From a bacterium (GTDB lineage: Bacteria > JADJOY01), in contig JAXLQJ010000051.1 in NCBI GenBank assembly GCA_046331705.1, positions 1-52,140 of the forward strand: a DNA stretch of 52,140 nucleotides. Direction: 5' to 3'. Shown in pieces: positions 9,870 through 19,537 of the stretch. The position numbers and the translations under genes were made by a program. Position 1 is the first letter of the stretch. Every line of letters starts with the position of its first letter. The notes under the pieces were generated by a model. It was not told the origin of the DNA and ran no database searches. It saw only the letters and a program-made list of their open reading frames with translations.

Positions 9870-11097
9870 ACGATCGCGCGGCGGATCGCGCGCCGTCGAG
9901 CGGCTCGCGCGCGCGCTGCCGGATGCGTTCCTGGCGGGCGTGTCGCGCTGGGCGATCCGCGCGCTCGCCGCGAGTGTCGCGATCTCGATCGCCGCGACCA
10001 ACGTCGCCTTCGGCGTCGCCCTCGTGGCCTGGGCGCTACGCCTCGCGCTCCACGGCGGCCCGCGTTGGCCAGCGACCCCCGCCGACAAGCCGTTCGCCGT
10101 GTTCCTGGCGTGCTGCCTGCTCTCGGCGCTGGTGGGGATCGACACCTCGACGGCGCTCTGGTCGCTCCGCGCCTACGCGCAGATCCTGGTTCTCTACCTG
10201 GTGGTCGCGCATGCCCACGAGGAGGACGAGCGGCGACGGCTGGCGTGGATCCTGACCGTCGGGTTCTTTATCTCCGGGTGGCACCAGGTTTACAACTATC
10301 GCTGGCAGAACTTCCACAAGGATTGGGGACCGGGAAAGATGACCCGCGCCAGCCAGCTCGTGATCGCCGTGGCGGTCACGCACGCGCTGTGGCTCGCGAG
10401 CCGCGGTTGGCGACGCCGCGCCGGCGTGGGGGCGTTGCTGGCGATGCAGATCGCCGGGCTCGTGTGCACCTTCAAGCGTGGGGCGTGGGTGGGGAGCCTG
10501 GTCGGCCTCTCGACCCAGCTCTGGCGCCGCAATCGCAAGCTCGTGCTGGTGCCCCTGGTGATCGCGGCAGCGGTGGTGGTCACCTTCCCGGCGGTGCGCG
10601 TGCGCCTCAGTCAATCCGGCGACGATTTCGTGCACACCGACAACCGCCTGCACATGTGGAAGATCGCCGTGCAGCTGATCCGCGACTATCCGCTCGGCAT
10701 CGGCACCCACAACGGCGGCATCATGAAGCGCACCGATCTGTGGGGCACCGAGCCGCCCAAGCACCGGCATTTCCACTCCAACCTCATCACCATCTGGGTC
10801 GAGGACGGCGTGCTGGGGCTGGCGGCGTTCGTGGCGTGGCTGCTGGCGCTGGCGAGGCTCTTGGTCGCCCGCGTACGTTCCACCGCGGCGCACCCGGGAT
10901 CGGACGCTGCGCTCGCCATCGGCGCCGCCACCGCGTTCCTGGCGTGGAACGTCAATGGGCTCGTCGAGTTCAACTTCGGCGACGCCGAGGTGATGATGCT
11001 GCTCTACTTCGTGCTGGGCTTGGCGCTCGCGCCAGCGTTGGCGAGCGCTCCCGGAGCGCGCACGGAGACGCCGGCTGGCGTCGAGGTCCGCCCGTGA
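9814..11097 (+). CDS. O-antigen ligase family (WaaL/Wzy_C) membrane protein
   Basis: Multiple TM helices; TFKRGAWVG, NRLHMWKIAVQLIRDYPLGIG, HFHSN motif, GVLGL; LPS-cluster context; start uncertain. Confidence 0.82.
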   Translation: MPDPATPGERSSPPLVTPERSRGGSRAVERLARALPDAFLAGVSRWAIRALAASVAISIAATNVAFGVALVAWALRLALHGGPRWPATPADKPFAVFLACCLLSALVGIDTSTALWSLRAYAQILVLYLVVAHAHEEDERRRLAWILTVGFFISGWHQVYNYRWQNFHKDWGPGKMTRASQLVIAVAVTHALWLASRGWRRRAGVGALLAMQIAGLVCTFKRGAWVGSLVGLSTQLWRRNRKLVLVPLVIAAAVVVTFPAVRVRLSQSGDDFVHTDNRLHMWKIAVQLIRDYPLGIGTHNGGIMKRTDLWGTEPPKHRHFHSNLITIWVEDGVLGLAAFVAWLLALARLLVARVRSTAAHPGSDAALAIGAATAFLAWNVNGLVEFNFGDAEVMMLLYFVLGLALAPALASAPGARTETPAGVEVRP

Positions 11098-11558
11098 CTC
11101 GAACGCGGCCCACGCGAGCGGCGGCGGTGATGTGGGTGGCGTTGGCGGCGCCGCTACTCTGCGGCGCTGGCGCCTGTCCCCGTCGCTCCAAGCCGCCGGC
11201 GCTCGAAGGCGCGATCACCGAGATCCCGGTCTATTCGCCGGCGACGCTGGTGAGGCGACGGGTGTACCCGCACGACGGTCCGGTGTGCCCGCTCGACACC
11301 CTGATCTGGGATCTCGAGACTCCCGACGACTGGGCCAAGGTCGAGTTCTTCTACCGCCAGAAGCTCTCGTTCGTGCCCCCCGAGCTGGGCGAGGGAAGCA
11401 CCCAGGGCAAGACGATCTTCCGGTACTTGCCCGACGGCGGCGAGACGGCGCGCCGCGAGCAGATCGTGGTGACGGTCGGCACCAAGGAGCCGAACGGCGG
11501 CACGAAGTTCCAGATCGACGAGACCGTGTGCGCCGCGCGCCGGGCCGAGAGCGGGTGA
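11094..11558 (+). CDS. Small exported protein or lipoprotein of unknown function
   Basis: GTG overlaps the ligase stop (GTGA); hydrophobic leader ending LLCGAGAC; high GC3. Confidence 0.6.
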   Translation: MTRTRPTRAAAVMWVALAAPLLCGAGACPRRSKPPALEGAITEIPVYSPATLVRRRVYPHDGPVCPLDTLIWDLETPDDWAKVEFFYRQKLSFVPPELGEGSTQGKTIFRYLPDGGETARREQIVVTVGTKEPNGGTKFQIDETVCAARRAESG

Positions 11559-11609
11559 TCGAGCGTTCGCCGCGGGTGATTCGCCGTGCCGAGCGCGGCG
11601 CGCGCTGGA

Positions 11610-12827
11610 TCAGCCGACGGCGCCGCTCGCCTTGAGCAGCGCGAGCTCGTCCCAGGAGAGGCCAAGCTCGAGCAGCACCTCCTCGGTGTGCTGGCCGAGC
11701 TCCGGGCTCGGCGCGAGGGCCCGGGCCGCGCCGTCGAAGCTCACCGGGCTCGCCACGACGCGGAAGCTGCCCGCGTCGCCTCCCGCGATCGCGGGCAGAT
11801 AGTCGTTGGCGAGCGCCTGGGGATCCTCGTGAAGCTCGGCGGCGCTCTGCATCACCGCCCACGGCGATTCCATCCCCGCGAGGCGCGCGCGCCACTGGGC
11901 GAGGGTCTCAGTCGCGAAGGCCGCGTCGAGCGCCGCGACGCAATCCCGCCGGTTCTGGTAGCGCGCGCGAGCGTCGCGAAACCGGGGGTCCGCGACCAGC
12001 TCGGGGCGACCGATCCGCTCGCAGATCTCCGGCCAGTGGCGATCGCCCTGCAGCGCCATCAACACGATCCAGCGGCCATCCGCGGTGCGATAGCTGTTCG
12101 CGAGCGGATTGAGCGCGGCGGCGCGATCCGGAAAAGGGATCTTCTTCTCCGGCGCGATCAGCGGGCTGGCCACGATGTCCGGCGCCATCGTCCACATCGC
12201 GGTGCCCAGCAACGACACGTCCACCACCGACGCTTCACCGGTTCGCTCGCGCTTGAGCAGCGCCGCGGCGACCCCTGCCGCGAGCGCCAGGGCGCCGACC
12301 GAGTCGCCGAACGCCGGGCGCTGCATCACCGGCGCTGCCGCGTCGGGGCGCGTGAGCCCTTGGGCAACTCCGCCCCGCGACCAGAAGGCGGTGGCGTCGT
12401 AGCCCCCGGCGTCGCGGTCGGGCCCCTCGGCGCCGTAGCCGCTGCCGCGCACGTAGATCACCCGTGGATTGCGGGCGCGGATGTCGTCGACGTCGATGCC
12501 GAGCTTGGTCCGCGCCGCGGGCAGGAAGTTGGTCAGGAACACGTCGCAGCGCTCGGCCAGGCGATGGAGCAGCGCGCGGCCCTCGGGCTTCGCGAGATCG
12601 ATGCCGAGCGAGCGCTTGCCGCGGTTGGACTGCTGCATCATGAAGTCGACGCCACCCTCGCGGGTGCCGAAGCCCGCGGCGGCGAGGCCGCGCTGGGCAT
12701 CGCCATGGACCGGATGCTCGACCTTCCAGACCTCGGCGCCCCAATCGGCGAGGATCGCGCCGGCGGCGGGGACGAACCAGAACTGCGCGACCTCGAGCAC
12801 GCGAATGCCGGCGAGGGCGCCGCTCAC
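11610..12827 (-). CDS. CaiB/BaiF family III CoA-transferase
   Basis: LAGIRVLE, LADWGAEVWKVEHP, NRGKRS, DVFLTNF, GYD, FGD (catalytic Asp), PELGQHTEEVL; GTG overlaps the SDR stop. Confidence 0.92.
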   Translation of the reverse strand: MSGALAGIRVLEVAQFWFVPAAGAILADWGAEVWKVEHPVHGDAQRGLAAAGFGTREGGVDFMMQQSNRGKRSLGIDLAKPEGRALLHRLAERCDVFLTNFLPAARTKLGIDVDDIRARNPRVIYVRGSGYGAEGPDRDAGGYDATAFWSRGGVAQGLTRPDAAAPVMQRPAFGDSVGALALAAGVAAALLKRERTGEASVVDVSLLGTAMWTMAPDIVASPLIAPEKKIPFPDRAAALNPLANSYRTADGRWIVLMALQGDRHWPEICERIGRPELVADPRFRDARARYQNRRDCVAALDAAFATETLAQWRARLAGMESPWAVMQSAAELHEDPQALANDYLPAIAGGDAGSFRVVASPVSFDGAARALAPSPELGQHTEEVLLELGLSWDELALLKASGAVG

Positions 12828-13714
12828 GACGCCGCTCCGAGATCGGCGCCGGTGTAGCGAACGCTCGCTTCCCACAGCCGCGTCGAGACCGCCGGCCCGC
12901 CGCGGCCCCAATGTGGTTCGCGCCGCGTGCCGAACTTGTAGTAGGCGCCGGTGACGCTCGCGAGCTCGGGCGCGCTCGCGAGGTAGATCGCCGTGCGCGC
13001 GGCGCGCGCCGCGGACGGGAAGGGCGCCATCACCCATCGTCCGAGCGTGCGGACGATCGGCGACGGATCGTGACTGCCGATGTTGGACCGCACCGGCCCG
13101 GGATCGAGCGCGTTCACCGTCACGCCGCTTCCCGCCAGCCGGCGCGCCAGCTCGGCGGTGAAATGCACGATGGCGAGCTTCGAGCGGCCGTACGACTTGA
13201 GCCAGGAGAAGCCGTCGCGAAGCTCGAGGTCGTCGAGATCGAGGGACACGATGCGGTGCGTGTCGGACGACACGTTGACGACGCGCGCCGGCGCCGACTC
13301 GCGAAGCCGCGGCAGCAAGCGCAGCGTGAGCTGGAAATACGCGAGGTAGTTGACGGCGAAGACGCGCTCGACGCCGTCCACCGTGAGCTCGCGGGTCCGG
13401 CTCACCATGCCGGCGTTGTTGACGAGGACGTGGAGCGGTCGCGCCGACGCCAGGTACTCGCTCGCGGCACGGTCGATGTCCGCCCGCGACGCGAGATCGC
13501 AGCGCAAGATCTCGGGGCGCCGACCCGTGCTGGCAGCGATCTCGCGCGCGGTCTCGTCCAGCAGCGCCGCGTTCCTCGCCAGCAGCACCACGTCCGCGCC
13601 GCGCGCAGCGAGCGCCCCCGCCACCGCTCGTCCATGGCCCGAGGTGGCGCCCGTCACCAGGCAAGTACGGCCGTCCATGCGGTGAAACGCGTCCAGGTGC
13701 GACGTGGGGCTCAC
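12824..13714 (-). CDS. Short-chain dehydrogenase/reductase (retinol dehydrogenase-like)
   Basis: TGATSGHG, LVNNAG, NVSS, YGRSK, ALDPG; GTGA-coupled on both sides. Confidence 0.92.
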   Translation of the reverse strand: MSPTSHLDAFHRMDGRTCLVTGATSGHGRAVAGALAARGADVVLLARNAALLDETAREIAASTGRRPEILRCDLASRADIDRAASEYLASARPLHVLVNNAGMVSRTRELTVDGVERVFAVNYLAYFQLTLRLLPRLRESAPARVVNVSSDTHRIVSLDLDDLELRDGFSWLKSYGRSKLAIVHFTAELARRLAGSGVTVNALDPGPVRSNIGSHDPSPIVRTLGRWVMAPFPSAARAARTAIYLASAPELASVTGAYYKFGTRREPHWGRGGPAVSTRLWEASVRYTGADLGAAS

Positions 13715-14994
13715 GATCTCTCCTCGCGTGGAATGGCGAAGCGCGCGCGGTACGCGGAGAAGGCCTGCTCGACTTGCGATCCGGTCAAGCCGAAATCCTC
13801 GAGCGCGTAGCGGTGCCGTCCGTGGCGGTGCTGGGGATTCGCCGCGATCCAGGCGCGCATCGCGCTCTCGGCCGCGTCGCCGAGCGGAGTGCCGAGGCGT
13901 TCGTAGATGCGGCGCACGGCAGCGATCGGCTCGGCCACGAGCTCGGCGTATTGCACGTCCACGAAGCGTCGATCGCCGAGCTGGTCGCGAACCTCCATCG
14001 CGCGCGTCACCATGCGGACTTGCTTGCGCAGCCAGTGACGACCCACCACCTCGGGATCCACCGCATCGCTCATCACCCCGCGGCCGTGGGCGATCATGCT
14101 GCAGAACGAGGCCACCACGCGGGCCGGGTCGCGGTGCGTCTGCACGATCGTGGCGTCCGGGAACACGGCCAAGAGCGCATCGAGATGCTCGAGGTGGTGC
14201 GGAGTCTTGAGCACCCAGCGGTCGCGCCGCTGGGTGCGCTCGAGGATCACGAGAGTCGTGGCGAGCTCCCTGTACGCCGCGCGGTGGTCTTGCGCCTCCA
14301 GCCACGCCGCGTAGTGCGGCACGTGGTACGTGGCCTCCGGAACCGTGCTCAGGAACGAGAGATCGAGGAGCAGCACGTCCTCCTCGGGAGCAGTCGCCTG
14401 CACCGGATGAATCGCGAAGAAATCGGGCGCCATGTAGGCGAGGGCGCGCTCGGCCATGCGCGCCATCCGAATGCGCGGGTCCTGGTCGCGAGGTGTGACG
14501 GGTGCATCGAGGTCGAGGGGCGCGGGATTGAGCGCCTCCCACGATGCCAGATGCCGCACGTCGGGGTCGGCGGCCAGCAGCCGATGCAGCATCGTGGTGC
14601 CGGTGCGCTGCAAGCCGGCGATCACCACCAGCGGTGCCGGCTTGCGATCGCGAAGCTCAGGCTCGCGCCGCAAGATCTCGGCGATCCGAAGCCGGTTCAC
14701 CAGGTTTCCGACGAGCTTCTCGCGGGTCAGGAACCGCCCGACCGGGCTCAGCGCGGATTCACGCTCGAGAGACTCGAGCAGCACCCGCATCCGCGGCAGG
14801 AAGCTCTCGTCGCCGAAGTCCTTGAGGCGCGCGCGCCGCCGCGCGCAGGCGAGCAGACCCGCTTCGCTCAGGTCGACGCGCGGCCCGCCCAGCGCCGTGA
14901 GCCCACGCCCGAGCCGGTTGGCGAGGGCGATCGGCCAGGGTCGAAACGGATGCCGGTAGTCCGTGGAGGTCGTGCGGCTCGCGGAAGCGCTCAC
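13711..14994 (-). CDS. Sulfotransferase family protein (mycobacterial Stf-like)
   Basis: GLQRTGTTMLH (5'-PSB loop), WVLKTPHH, FPDATIVQTHRDP, HRYALEDFGL. Confidence 0.9.
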   Translation of the reverse strand: MSASASRTTSTDYRHPFRPWPIALANRLGRGLTALGGPRVDLSEAGLLACARRRARLKDFGDESFLPRMRVLLESLERESALSPVGRFLTREKLVGNLVNRLRIAEILRREPELRDRKPAPLVVIAGLQRTGTTMLHRLLAADPDVRHLASWEALNPAPLDLDAPVTPRDQDPRIRMARMAERALAYMAPDFFAIHPVQATAPEEDVLLLDLSFLSTVPEATYHVPHYAAWLEAQDHRAAYRELATTLVILERTQRRDRWVLKTPHHLEHLDALLAVFPDATIVQTHRDPARVVASFCSMIAHGRGVMSDAVDPEVVGRHWLRKQVRMVTRAMEVRDQLGDRRFVDVQYAELVAEPIAAVRRIYERLGTPLGDAAESAMRAWIAANPQHRHGRHRYALEDFGLTGSQVEQAFSAYRARFAIPREERS

Positions 14995-16103
14995 GATCGT
15001 GTCAGCTCCGTGGTGGAAAGGACGCGGGTGCGCGGTTCGGGCTGGGTCGAGGCTCGCACCCAGCGCAGGCACATCGTGCCGCGCCGATGGCCGGCGGTGT
15101 CGATCCAGTTCGCGTCCGCGAGCCCCGGGTCGCGGTGCGCCACCACCAAGCGCACCGAGCCGTCGGCGCGGGCACGCGCGGTGTGCTTGTTCACGGTGAT
15201 GGGGTGATAGCGATAGTCGAGCGACTCCATCCAATGGTTGTTGAGCTGGAAGTTCCAGGTCTCGCAGTCGGGCGGCACGAGATCGATCACCAGCGCCTGC
15301 TCGGGTCCGATCTCCCAGTAGCCGTGGTAGTAGGTGATGTTCGGATCGCCGCCGGCGGCGTTGGAGGTGCCGGGGTCGAAGCGCGGCAGCTCGTTGGTCC
15401 GCTGGCGAAAGCCGTCGGCCCAGCTCGAGAACAGCGCCGCGCAGCCGAGGACGAGGTTGGCGACCGCGGTGAGCCCGGCGTCGATCGCCGCGGGAGTCAC
15501 GGGCGCGGGCGCGGTGGCGCTCGCACCGACGCACTCGATCGCGAGCGCAGCCGGTTGCTCGCGGGAGCGGTCGAGGAACATCTGCCTCACGATCACGAAG
15601 GTGGTGTCCTCCGCCAGCTCGAGCCAGTTGCCGGGACGCCGATCGCGGCTCACCACGACCTCGAAGCTGCCGTCGGCGGCGAGCGCGAGATCCGCGCCTT
15701 CGAGGTAGCCCGTCTTCCCCATCCGTCCGCCGGCGCCGTAGTTCCCGGCATAGCTGCCGAGCCCCAGGTAGTGCACCGAGTTGCGCTGGCCGCGGATGCG
15801 GTACTCGTGCGCGCCGCTCACGGTGGCGATGGCGTACTGGATGTCCGGGTTGTCGGCGCCCATCTTCGCGGTCTCGTGGATCGGGCGGTGGAAGACGGGG
15901 CGAGTGGGATCGGCGTTCTCGACGAGGGTTTCGAGGGCCGCGCGCAAGATCCGCGTCAAGTAGCGGAAGCCTTCGGCGCGATCGAAGGGATCGTCGGGGC
16001 TCGACGGCGCGGTGATGATCGAGCCCGCGCCCTTGAGCGTGTCGCAGAACTGCTCCCAGGTCGCCCCGGATCGGATGCGCTCGGCAGCGGAATCGTCGCT
16101 CAT
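14991..16103 (-). CDS. DUF1214-domain protein
   Basis: AEGFRYLTR, KMGADNPD, YRIRGQR, DGSFEVVVS, WNFQLNNHWMESLDY, NWIDTAGH, MCLRW; ATG after GGAG. Confidence 0.85.
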   Translation of the reverse strand: MSDDSAAERIRSGATWEQFCDTLKGAGSIITAPSSPDDPFDRAEGFRYLTRILRAALETLVENADPTRPVFHRPIHETAKMGADNPDIQYAIATVSGAHEYRIRGQRNSVHYLGLGSYAGNYGAGGRMGKTGYLEGADLALAADGSFEVVVSRDRRPGNWLELAEDTTFVIVRQMFLDRSREQPAALAIECVGASATAPAPVTPAAIDAGLTAVANLVLGCAALFSSWADGFRQRTNELPRFDPGTSNAAGGDPNITYYHGYWEIGPEQALVIDLVPPDCETWNFQLNNHWMESLDYRYHPITVNKHTARARADGSVRLVVAHRDPGLADANWIDTAGHRRGTMCLRWVRASTQPEPRTRVLSTTELTRS

Positions 16104-16334
16104 GAAGTCTCCAGGAAAGCAGGCGAGAGGAGCACCGCAGCGCGCCCGCGAGACCGCGAGAACTAGCACAGGCACTCGCCTCGTGTCGCACGCGCTCAGC
16201 GCGCGCCGCGCGCTTTACACGGGCACGCGCGGACTGGAAGAATCGTAGGTGAGTGAGCTGAGCCTCACTTCTCGCTCGAGGCGGCCACCGCGAGGGGTCG
16301 ACGACTCGACGAGCACGGGGCGAGGGGAATCGAG

Positions 16335-18287
16335 ATGCGGCGCGGGATCCTGGGGGTCTTCATCGTTGCCGGAGCACTTCTCGCCGGCTGTCATACCGTG
16401 AGTGGCGTGAGCCCGGACGAGCTGCCGCTCGGTGGCTACAAGCCGGTCGAGGTGAAGGGGACCGGCTTCAGCGGGCTCCTGGAGGGAAACATCGAGGTGC
16501 GCTTCGGCGGGGTGCGCGCGGTGAACGTGCACCTGGTGAACGACACCACGATTCTGGCCACGCCGCAGGGCTCGCCCACGCCCGGTGCGGTGGACGTCTC
16601 GGTGAAGGACACCCGGCTCTTCGGCACCATCGTCAGCAAGCCGGCGGCGTTCACCTGGCTCGACACGGCGTATCCCCAGTTCCGCACCATGGTGAATTTC
16701 GGACCGAGCCTATCGGCCGGCGTCACCAACATGGGCTACGCCCCGCCGGGACAGATCAACTCGATCCCGGGATTCATCTCGCAGCAGCTCGGGCTTTATT
16801 TCCCGCAACGCATCGTCATCGAGGGCGGCATCCCGCCCATCGAGTCGCCGCACGAGACGGATCTCTTGTTCGTCGGTGACGGCGTCCGCGAGTGTTACAT
16901 CCCGGCTTCGGGGCAGCGCTTCGTGCCGGCACCGGGCGAGCTCTGCAACCCCGTGATCGTGAGCCTCGATTCGATTCCCATCCTCGACCTGGTGGGGCAG
17001 CTCATCGACGAGATCTTGGCCGGCATCCTCGCAGGCAAGGGCCTGGTAGGCGGCCTCTTCCAGGACGGCGAGATCGAGAACCGCAACTGGGCGATCCCCG
17101 GCGAGCAGATGCACGGCTTCGTTTACGGCACCAGCCTCGGCTTCGCGTACCTGCAAGACTTCTTCAACGACCCGCTGGCGACCATCCGCAACCCGTTCTG
17201 CACCGGCGAGCCAGTGGTGAAGATGATCGCGGACATGAGCCCGCCGGCGGACTTGGTGGTGGGCTACGACTGGTTCTTCGACTCGGTGCTCTTCGGCCAG
17301 CCGCCCCGCGACGATCTGGTTCATCAGCTCGCGTTCACCATGCTGGTGCTCTCGAACAGCCAGTACTACCAAGGCACACCGTGCCCGGCAGGAACCAACG
17401 ACGGCGCTTGGCGGGTGCCGCTCATCTCGACGGACGGGACACGGACGCACACGTATCAGCCGTACGAAGGCTTCTTCGAGAGCTGCGACGCGGCGCTCGT
17501 GTGTCCCGGCGATGGGAGCGACGTCGGCATCCGCTCGGTCGAGACTCTGAAGCAGGTGATGGCGTCGCTCGGCGAGAAGAAGGAAGGCTACGTCGTCGAT
17601 TGGATCGGGCTCGGCCTCGTGCCCGCTTCAGCGGACACCAACGGCAACGGCATCATCGACATCCACCCGAACGATCCCTCGAGCAACGAGCTCACCGCGC
17701 AAGTGATCGCGAACATCCTCGCGGCCGACGACCAGAGCGATAACCCGAAGGCCGTGCTCCTCGGCACCATGCCGTGGCCGTCGGCGTCCTCGTCCGGCCA
17801 GGGCGGCGAGCCGGGCGGCGGCGACGATCAGTACGCCGAGGCCATCGACGCCGAGCTACTCGGGCTCTACGGCCTCTTCCAGCAAGCGTTCGCGATCGCC
17901 GGCCGTCCCAACAACCTCGTGCTCATCGACTCGCTGGAAAACCAACGCCAGATCTTCGAGGGCCATCAACCCGACCTGACACTCGGCCTCGACGGCGACT
18001 ACGGCACCCAGGACCTCTTCTACGAGTACGAGCTGGGGCCGGGGGGCGAGCCGATCAAGCGACGTTTCACCCAGTACGGTGGTGTCTTCAGCATGGATCA
18101 CCTGCACCTCTCGCAGACCATGAACGGCGCCACCATGATCGGGCTCACCGACGCCATGAACGCGACGCTCGGCACGGCGATCCCGCGTCTCGATCTGCCG
18201 ACCGTGTGGCAGAACGATCCGTACAACCACACCAAGTACGATCCGTCGATCCAGTGCGCCTACAACGGTCAGCTCTGCCCGCCGTGA
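16335..18287 (+). CDS. Lipoprotein with an IPT/TIG domain and an SGNH/GDSL-like hydrolase domain
   Basis: Lipobox LLAGC; IPT (VEVKGTGF, VRFGG, AVDVSV, AFTW); block I FGPSLSAG, QINSIPGFISQQ, NWAIPG, block V FSMDHLH. Confidence 0.65.
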   Translation: MRRGILGVFIVAGALLAGCHTVSGVSPDELPLGGYKPVEVKGTGFSGLLEGNIEVRFGGVRAVNVHLVNDTTILATPQGSPTPGAVDVSVKDTRLFGTIVSKPAAFTWLDTAYPQFRTMVNFGPSLSAGVTNMGYAPPGQINSIPGFISQQLGLYFPQRIVIEGGIPPIESPHETDLLFVGDGVRECYIPASGQRFVPAPGELCNPVIVSLDSIPILDLVGQLIDEILAGILAGKGLVGGLFQDGEIENRNWAIPGEQMHGFVYGTSLGFAYLQDFFNDPLATIRNPFCTGEPVVKMIADMSPPADLVVGYDWFFDSVLFGQPPRDDLVHQLAFTMLVLSNSQYYQGTPCPAGTNDGAWRVPLISTDGTRTHTYQPYEGFFESCDAALVCPGDGSDVGIRSVETLKQVMASLGEKKEGYVVDWIGLGLVPASADTNGNGIIDIHPNDPSSNELTAQVIANILAADDQSDNPKAVLLGTMPWPSASSSGQGGEPGGGDDQYAEAIDAELLGLYGLFQQAFAIAGRPNNLVLIDSLENQRQIFEGHQPDLTLGLDGDYGTQDLFYEYELGPGGEPIKRRFTQYGGVFSMDHLHLSQTMNGATMIGLTDAMNATLGTAIPRLDLPTVWQNDPYNHTKYDPSIQCAYNGQLCPP

Positions 18288-18451
18288 GCGAATGAGTGGT
18301 GGCGCGGCGGTCGCTCGCCGCGCCACAGGGGCAAGGGCGTGCGCGGGAACGCACGCCCTCCGCCGCGGGTCCAAGCCGCTGGAGCGCCCCGGGGGCGAAT
18401 CTCCGCCCCGCCCGCGGCGCGCGCGTCGCGTGCGCGCCACGAGCCCGTGCT

Positions 18452-19537
18452 ATGAACGGGCGCATGCTCGAGGCAAGCGCCCGTCGACGCGCAGTTGCCG
18501 TCGTGATCGCGATCGCCGCGGCCGCGGTCACGACAGGCTGCCGCGTGGAATTCGGTCCACCTGGAGCAAGCCGTCGCGGTGTCGCAAGCGATCCCACCGA
18601 GGTCCCGTCCGGCCAGGTGTGGATCTACACGTCGCTCTATCGCCACGTCGTCGACGATCTCGACCGCTCGATCCGCGAGCGCCTCCCCGGTGTGGACCCG
18701 CAATGGTTCGTCGCCGGTAGCGAGAAGGTCGCCGCGCGCCTCGACGGCGAGTTGGCCGCGGGTGGCAGCCGCGCCGATCTGCTGCTCACGTCCGATCCCT
18801 TCCACTACGCGCGGCTGGCGTCGGGTGGAGCGCTGGTACCGTATGTGCCGCCGGGCGCACTCCGCGCGCCGCGGGAGTGGCTCGACCTCGACGGCCGCTG
18901 GTTTCCCACCCGCGTCTCGACGATGGTGCTCATCTACAACACCCGGCTGCTCACCGCGCAGACCGCGCCACGATCGTTCACCGACCTCGGCAACGACGCG
19001 CTCAGCGGACGGGTCATCCTGGGCGACCCGCTCGCGTCGGGAACCTTCTTCTCGACGATCGCGTTCCTCGAGCGCCGCCTCGGCTGGGAGTACTTCCGGG
19101 GCCTTCGCGCGCGCGGCCTGATCGCGACTGGCGGCAACTCCACCGTCCTCGATCGCGTGGCGGCGGGCGAGTTCAGCGCCGGTGCGTGCCTGCTCGAGAA
19201 CATCCTGGTCGCCAAGCGCAAGGGCTCGCCGGTCGACTACCTCGTGCCTTCGGATGGCGCGATCCTGGTGCCCGGTCCAGGTGCGATCCTGCGCGGCGGA
19301 TCCAACCCGGTCGCAGCGAGAGCGATCGCCGACCTGCTCACGTCACCCGACGGCGAAGCGGCGATCGTGCGCGGTGACATGCACGCGCCCGATCCGGCCA
19401 TCGCGCCGCCCGCGGGCGCGCCTGCGCTGGCCGAGCTCTACGCGACGGCGCCGCGCTGGACGCCCGAGCTGATCGCGGACGTGGGCCGTCGTGCCGAGGA
19501 GATCCGCACCACGTTCAACAGCGTGGTGCAGCGGTGA
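18452..19537 (+). CDS. ABC transporter substrate-binding lipoprotein (Fe3+/thiamine, FbpA/AfuA-like)
   Basis: Lipobox VTTGC; IYTSL, ADLL, LIYNT, PRSFTDL, DPLASGT, VPSDG; start at 18452 or 18464. Confidence 0.85.
   Translation: MNGRMLEASARRRAVAVVIAIAAAAVTTGCRVEFGPPGASRRGVASDPTEVPSGQVWIYTSLYRHVVDDLDRSIRERLPGVDPQWFVAGSEKVAARLDGELAAGGSRADLLLTSDPFHYARLASGGALVPYVPPGALRAPREWLDLDGRWFPTRVSTMVLIYNTRLLTAQTAPRSFTDLGNDALSGRVILGDPLASGTFFSTIAFLERRLGWEYFRGLRARGLIATGGNSTVLDRVAAGEFSAGACLLENILVAKRKGSPVDYLVPSDGAILVPGPGAILRGGSNPVAARAIADLLTSPDGEAAIVRGDMHAPDPAIAPPAGAPALAELYATAPRWTPELIADVGRRAEEIRTTFNSVVQR

Noticed and set aside
11610-16191. Apparent long N-terminal extensions or fusions on the CoA-transferase, SDR and sulfotransferase (also the 1079-aa ORF 25343-28582)
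   Set aside because: The extensions overlap upstream genes out of frame; GTGA-coupled starts give normal-length proteins.
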